A stretch of 64,000 bases of DNA, taken from the IMG/VR virus record IMGVR_UViG_3300020450_000008, one strand, 5' to 3'. Below, piece after piece: positions 59,353 to 64,000 of the stretch. The notes under the pieces are model-generated. The model did not search any database. It was not told the origin of the DNA and saw only the letters and a list, made by a program, of their open reading frames with translations. Both the position numbers and the translations under genes were made by a program. The DNA comes from a virus (lineage: Duplodnaviria > Caudoviricetes). Positions within the stretch are counted from its first letter, which is position 1, and each line of letters starts with the position of its first letter.

Positions 59353-62300
59353 TGGCAGACATATTAAAATACAGATTACCAGATGGAACAGAGGCAGAAG
59401 TAACATCTAACACTTCTAGTGTAACTCTTCCTTTCACAACTCCACATTTAGACTTTACTGTAATACTCGATCAACTTGCTGTTAATCCAGGTGAGGTTCG
59501 TGGTTGGTATGTTTCGTCAAGTACTTACTTTTCTCCTACATTATCAGGCAATTACAATTATAGACTTGAACTTATTGAGGGACAAACTAGAACAGTTACT
59601 ATACAAACTGTTGATGCTAAGAATACTTCTGATTTAAATTCAGGAAGATTTAGTTCTTTTAGAGATAACTTTTCTATAACAGTAACAAGAGGATCTGCTC
59701 CAGCAGATTCATCTGCTGATTCAACTACTCAATCATTTTTAACTTTTCCAGATAGTGATGCAAGGTTAACAATTGAAGGAAATCAGATTGTTTTAACTGA
59801 TAGTAATTTTCAGTTTAATATTTCTGCACTTGATGTTATTGATTCTGCATACATTCAAGCCCGACAAGCATTTAGTACTTTTGATTCAAATGAAGTTGTT
59901 GCATTAATAAATGCAAATACACCTACTTTAATTGAAAATTCAGTTCCTCTGGATTCTTCTACTGTAAGTGCCATAATAAACAATCAAGTAGATTCTAACT
60001 ATGTATCAGGAAGACAAATAATAGGAAGTGATTCAGCTTCTATAATTACTATTGTCAATAGCATAGTTGATTCAGCATATGTTTCACTAAGAGATAGAGT
60101 ACAGGATTCTGGGTTTGTAACTGGAATCGTAGATGCTGCATATGTCCAAGCAAGAGATAGAATAAGAGACTCTGGTTTTGTAACAAATGTAATTGATTCA
60201 AATTATATCATATCTATACTTGACGACAGTTCATTAACTATTGATGGTAATGGCTTAAATAACGGTGTAACTATATCGGATGGTTCTATTGTTATGAGAA
60301 CAGGAACTGGAAGTGTTGCCGCTATTGATATGTATTGTGAAGTTAATAATATACATAGAGTAAGATTAAAGGCACCTTCACATTCTAACTTCAGTGGTAA
60401 TCCAGATGTCATATTACCAAACACTTCCGGAACTATTGCTCTTACATCAGATATTACCGGAACCGTAACAGCTTCTTACATTCAAGCAAACCAAACAAAA
60501 TTTTTAGATTCATCTCTTGCAACTCAACTTATAGATGCTTCTTACATTCAAGCCCGACAGCTTTTTGATTCAGATACTTTAAGAGACTCTGGTTTTATAA
60601 CTGGAATAATAACTCCAGAATATATTCAAGCAAGACAAATGTTTGACTCAGATACTTTAAGAGATTCTGGATTTATAACTGGAATTATAGATTCAGACTA
60701 TATTAATAATAGAACCGCTTCTGGAACTGATTCTACAGCTGTATTAGCAATGATAACCACAACAATTACTCCAGGTTATATTCAGGCAAGACAGCTTTTT
60801 GACTCAGATACTAAAGTAGATTCGGCCTTTGTAACTAGTATAGTTGATGCCGCTTATGTTCAAGCAAGAGATAGAATAAGAGACTCTGGTTTTGTAACTG
60901 ATATTTTATTACCTAATGAGTTTGCAAAAGATAGTGCAGTAAAATTATACTTTGCTGGTACCAAAAAATTTGAAACAACAGACTCAGGCGTTGATGTTCA
61001 AGGTGATCTTACACTTGTACAAAATAATGCTAGAATTAAACTCGGTGGACTGATACTTAGAGATAGTAATGGAGCACTTGCAATAAAAGATTCAGCAGGA
61101 ATTGCAACCTCAATAACTTTTTCAAATCAGTTTGATTCTTCAACAGCATTATCTTTAATTGACTCTGCGTATGTACAGGCAAGACAAGTTGATCTTCAAA
61201 GAGAGTCTGGTTTTATAATTGGTATTGTGGATACAGCATATGTTCAAGCAAGACAGAGTTTTGGCGCTGCTGGTGATTCCACGAGCACGATTGCTATTAT
61301 ACAAAGCGTTGTTAATAATTCTTATGTTCAGGCTAGACAAACTAATTTTGATTTTTTAGATTCAGGAGAAGTTATAAATCTTATAGATTCTAATTATGTT
61401 CAGGCAAGGCAGGTTGATCTTCAAAGAGACTCTGGATTTGTAACTGGAATAATAACTCCAGAATATATTCAAGCAAGGCAACTATTTGATTCAGATACCG
61501 ATACTTTAAGAGATTCTGGATTTATAACTGGAATAATAGATTCAGATTACATTAACAATAGAACTTCAAGTGGTGTTGATTCTGCTACCGTTTTGTCAAT
61601 TGTTGATTCAGATTATATATCTGCAGTTGCAGGTGGATTTGCTAGTCCTAGATTTAAAGACTTTAAATATATAGCAACAAATGCACAAACTACATTTACT
61701 GGTAACGATGCTAATAGTAAAACACTGGCATTAAAAGATAGCAACTTTGCTGTATATTTAAATGGTATAAGACTATTAAGATCTGATTATACATCAACAA
61801 ATACAAGCGTTGTTTTGGATAGCGCGGCAAGTACTGGAGATGAGATAGTAATTAGTGCAATGACAGCTGATTTTCGTGGTTCAGCTGATCTTATCGATTC
61901 CGCTTATATACAAGAGAGAATTGGAGGAGTTATTTCTCCAATATTTACAAACTTTAAATTTATTGCTGATGGAAATCAAACAGAATTTTTTGGTAACGAT
62001 GCTAATGGAAATGGTCTAACTTTTGATTCACATAACTTTAATGTATTGCTTAATGGTATACAATTAGATAGATCAGATTATCATGCTGATGCTGGTGCTA
62101 ATAAAATATTTTTAGTGTCAGGTGCTACTGCATCTGATGAACTTGTAGTTAATACACTTAAGTCAACCATAACATCAACGTTACAAGCAGTTAAAGATAT
62201 AGTAACTCCAGAATATATTCAAGCAAGACAGCTTTTTGACTCAGATACCGATACCAATCTTTCATCTACTGATAGTTTATCTGAAGGATCAACTAATTTG

Positions 62301-63239
62301 TATTTTACAAATGAAAGAGTTGATGACCGTGTAGGCTCACTAATAACAGCAGGCGTTAATGTTGCAACAACGTATGACGATGCAGCTGGAACACTTGAAA
62401 TAAGAGTCCCATTTGAAAACATTGATGATAGAGTTGGAACTATTTTAACTGCCGGTAACGGTATTAATATTAATTATGACGATCCAAATGCCACAATTAC
62501 AATAACTAACACACTTAATACAAGTGATTTTGCAGATTCAGCAACCGTAATCAGTTTGATCGATTCAGCTTTTGGACAGTTAAATGTTGGAGTTATTGAT
62601 ACTGATAACGTATTTCTTCAAGGTGCGACAGATCACGCAGGTATTGCTTTTGGTAGTACTTCTGTTCTTCCTTTTAGAAACGGCAATTATTCAAACGCTA
62701 CTACTGACTTAGGTCACTCTGTTGCCGGCGCTTTCAAAGACGCTTACTTATCGGGTGGACTATACGTTGGTGGAACTGGGTCGGCAAACTATTTAGATGA
62801 CTATGAAGAAGGAACATGGACTCCTACGATTGTTGGTACTTCTAATACTCCTACCTTTTATAATCGAGTTGGAAGATACACAAAAATAGGTAGGTTAGTA
62901 ACACTTCAATGTTTTTTGCAAACTAATGTAGCTCCAACATATTCAAATGCTAATACTCAATTTAAAATATCAGGAGTTCCTTTTAATCTTCTAGCTATTG
63001 GTTATACAGGTGCTCAAGGAACTGTAAATTCACAAGCATTAAGATATGTTTCTGGTGACAACGACCAAAATGCTGGTGCTAGTACTGGTGGTGGTCATCT
63101 AACTTGTGGTATACATGCTGATGAACAATTAATATTTCATGTTACTGGTAGTGGTCAATCAAGAGGTTTTGTTGAAAATAGTGGCACAACTTCAGGATTT
63201 ATTCTTGAAGCAACAATAAGTTATTTTACAGATGCGTAG
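59352..63239 (+). CDS. Fibre protein (1295 aa), extremely DS-rich
   Basis: About 47 DS; RDSGF.TG/IDSxYVQAR repeats; two repeated beta domains; C-term AN.LDDYEEGTWTP...G.YTKIGRLV tip; TAATG coupling to gp20. Confidence 0.85.
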   Translation: MADILKYRLPDGTEAEVTSNTSSVTLPFTTPHLDFTVILDQLAVNPGEVRGWYVSSSTYFSPTLSGNYNYRLELIEGQTRTVTIQTVDAKNTSDLNSGRFSSFRDNFSITVTRGSAPADSSADSTTQSFLTFPDSDARLTIEGNQIVLTDSNFQFNISALDVIDSAYIQARQAFSTFDSNEVVALINANTPTLIENSVPLDSSTVSAIINNQVDSNYVSGRQIIGSDSASIITIVNSIVDSAYVSLRDRVQDSGFVTGIVDAAYVQARDRIRDSGFVTNVIDSNYIISILDDSSLTIDGNGLNNGVTISDGSIVMRTGTGSVAAIDMYCEVNNIHRVRLKAPSHSNFSGNPDVILPNTSGTIALTSDITGTVTASYIQANQTKFLDSSLATQLIDASYIQARQLFDSDTLRDSGFITGIITPEYIQARQMFDSDTLRDSGFITGIIDSDYINNRTASGTDSTAVLAMITTTITPGYIQARQLFDSDTKVDSAFVTSIVDAAYVQARDRIRDSGFVTDILLPNEFAKDSAVKLYFAGTKKFETTDSGVDVQGDLTLVQNNARIKLGGLILRDSNGALAIKDSAGIATSITFSNQFDSSTALSLIDSAYVQARQVDLQRESGFIIGIVDTAYVQARQSFGAAGDSTSTIAIIQSVVNNSYVQARQTNFDFLDSGEVINLIDSNYVQARQVDLQRDSGFVTGIITPEYIQARQLFDSDTDTLRDSGFITGIIDSDYINNRTSSGVDSATVLSIVDSDYISAVAGGFASPRFKDFKYIATNAQTTFTGNDANSKTLALKDSNFAVYLNGIRLLRSDYTSTNTSVVLDSAASTGDEIVISAMTADFRGSADLIDSAYIQERIGGVISPIFTNFKFIADGNQTEFFGNDANGNGLTFDSHNFNVLLNGIQLDRSDYHADAGANKIFLVSGATASDELVVNTLKSTITSTLQAVKDIVTPEYIQARQLFDSDTDTNLSSTDSLSEGSTNLYFTNERVDDRVGSLITAGVNVATTYDDAAGTLEIRVPFENIDDRVGTILTAGNGININYDDPNATITITNTLNTSDFADSATVISLIDSAFGQLNVGVIDTDNVFLQGATDHAGIAFGSTSVLPFRNGNYSNATTDLGHSVAGAFKDAYLSGGLYVGGTGSANYLDDYEEGTWTPTIVGTSNTPTFYNRVGRYTKIGRLVTLQCFLQTNVAPTYSNANTQFKISGVPFNLLAIGYTGAQGTVNSQALRYVSGDNDQNAGASTGGGHLTCGIHADEQLIFHVTGSGQSRGFVENSGTTSGFILEATISYFTDA
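60540..61570 (+). repeat. Near-identical DNA repeats encoding LFDSDTLRDSGFITGIITPEYIQARQ-type units
   Basis: actccagaatatattcaagcaag occurs at ~60613, ~61454 and ~62205; gatactttaagaga(c/t)tctgg occurs three times. Confidence 0.85.
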
Positions 63240-63254
63240 TAAGGAGAGGATAAA

Positions 63255-63512
63255 ATGGCAATAACAAAAGAAGTAGTACAAGATAAAATAGAGATAGTGG
63301 GAGAGTTTAAAAAAATTCATGTACGAACTGCTACTGTAATAAAAGAAGACGGTGTAGAGTTGTCACGATCTTTCCATCGTCATGTTGTAGGACCAGATAG
63401 CGATATTTCAGGCGAAAGCGCAGAAGTACAAGCAATTTGTAATGTAGTACACACTGACGCAGTAAAGTCTGCATATGCTACATATAAAGCTGCGCTTGAA
63501 GGAGGGGGATAG
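63255..63512 (+). CDS. Small fibre-associated protein (chaperone-like)
   Basis: MAITKE..QDKIEIVG.FK.I.VRTATVIKEDGVELSRSFHRHV, a family that commonly follows LDDYEEGTWTP-type fibres; AAGGAG SD. Confidence 0.75.
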   Translation: MAITKEVVQDKIEIVGEFKKIHVRTATVIKEDGVELSRSFHRHVVGPDSDISGESAEVQAICNVVHTDAVKSAYATYKAALEGGG

Positions 63513-64000
63513 TGAGTAGAGCAAGAAATTTTGCAGATTTAATAAACGGAATCGCTGCTAATAAGATTACAAGTGGCTCATTAGATGCTGCCCGTATACC
63601 AGACTTACCGACTTCTAAAATTACATCTGGAACTTTTGCCGATGCTAGACTTTCTTCTAGTTCTGTTACCCAACATGTTGATTTAACTGCACTATCAGCA
63701 AGCAATCTTACATCTGGTACTGTACCATCTGCACGATTATCATTATCTGCTAGTGATGTTCCAAATTTAGCTACATCAAAAATTACAAGTGGTACGTTTG
63801 ATGATGCTCGAATAAGTTCCTCGTCTGTTACTGCTCATGTAGATTTATCAAATCTTAACGCAAGTAATCTAACATCTGGTACAGTTCCAAACGCTAGATA
63901 CGGAACTCCTACATTTTCTGCGGCAAACTTAACAAGTGTTCCAGCGGCATCTGCTGTAACTGGCACTTGGACACCTGGAGTTAGTTCTGGTTCTATTACT
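63512..64000 (+). CDS. Fibre-like protein, partial (runs off the window; not in the ORF track)
   Basis: GTG start after GGAGG; open frame MSRAR(N)FADL...SKITSGTF.DAR...ASNLTSGTVP.AR repeats, with no stop in 163 codons. Confidence 0.8.
   Translation, partial: MSRARNFADLINGIAANKITSGSLDAARIPDLPTSKITSGTFADARLSSSSVTQHVDLTALSASNLTSGTVPSARLSLSASDVPNLATSKITSGTFDDARISSSSVTAHVDLSNLNASNLTSGTVPNARYGTPTFSAANLTSVPAASAVTGTWTPGVSSGSIT

Noticed and set aside
25628-63239. DS excess as a DNA-level signal for GANTC (CcrM/HinfI site), since GAY-TCN contains GANTC
   Set aside because: Many DS are encoded GAT-AGT, GAC-AGT or GAT-AGC, which lack GANTC, and the motif stays in one reading frame. A formal test of TCN versus AGY usage in DS compared with other Ser would settle it
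234-63705. Many short minus-strand and alternate-frame ORFs in the track (e.g. 2708-2935, 10551-10925, 32830-33147, 40028-40363, 56723-56992)
   Set aside because: All lie within long, motif-bearing + strand genes, lack recognisable motifs or SD sites, and mirror Gly/Ser/Thr-rich repeats; these are shadow ORFs
1-64000. tRNA/rRNA genes or a reassigned genetic code
   Set aside because: Intergenic gaps are almost all under 100 nt with no cloverleaf seen; core genes read through intact under code 11 and end in TAA, TGA or TAG

Overview
This 64 kb window is the virion-morphogenesis (late) region of a large, AT-rich T4-like myophage. All credible genes are on the + strand, and the gene order and motifs resemble marine cyanophage/pelagiphage-type T4 relatives; the host cannot be determined from this window. 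Core genes recognised in order: gp5 split over three coupled ORFs (OB-fold + lysozyme; amidase; beta-helix + degenerate M15 peptidase), gp25, gp6, gp7-like, gp8, a VrlC-like protein, gp13, gp14, gp15, gp16, gp17, gp18, gp19, gp20. T4-type late promoters (TATAAATA) sit at gene junctions. The gp8-gp13 interval is expanded to about 37 kb and holds giant fibre/adhesin genes (3633, 2158, 1080 and 1012 aa) and a tightly coupled cassette of four glycosyltransferase-like, two methyltransferase-like and one nitroreductase-like gene. More fibre genes lie between gp15 and gp16 (with a subtilisin) and directly after gp20. The most striking pattern is a strong excess of Asp-Ser (DS) dipeptides in fibre shafts and peripheral baseplate proteins: about 47 in the 1295-aa protein by hand count, versus about 4 in ~2350 aa of non-structural enzymes. 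DS is placed at turns of otherwise unrelated folds. Together with the glycosyltransferase cassette in the late operon, this suggests (as inference, untested) a phage-encoded virion O-glycosylation system. A purely structural helix-cap/turn role is the main alternative. All family assignments come from motif recognition, not database searches, and all counts are by hand.
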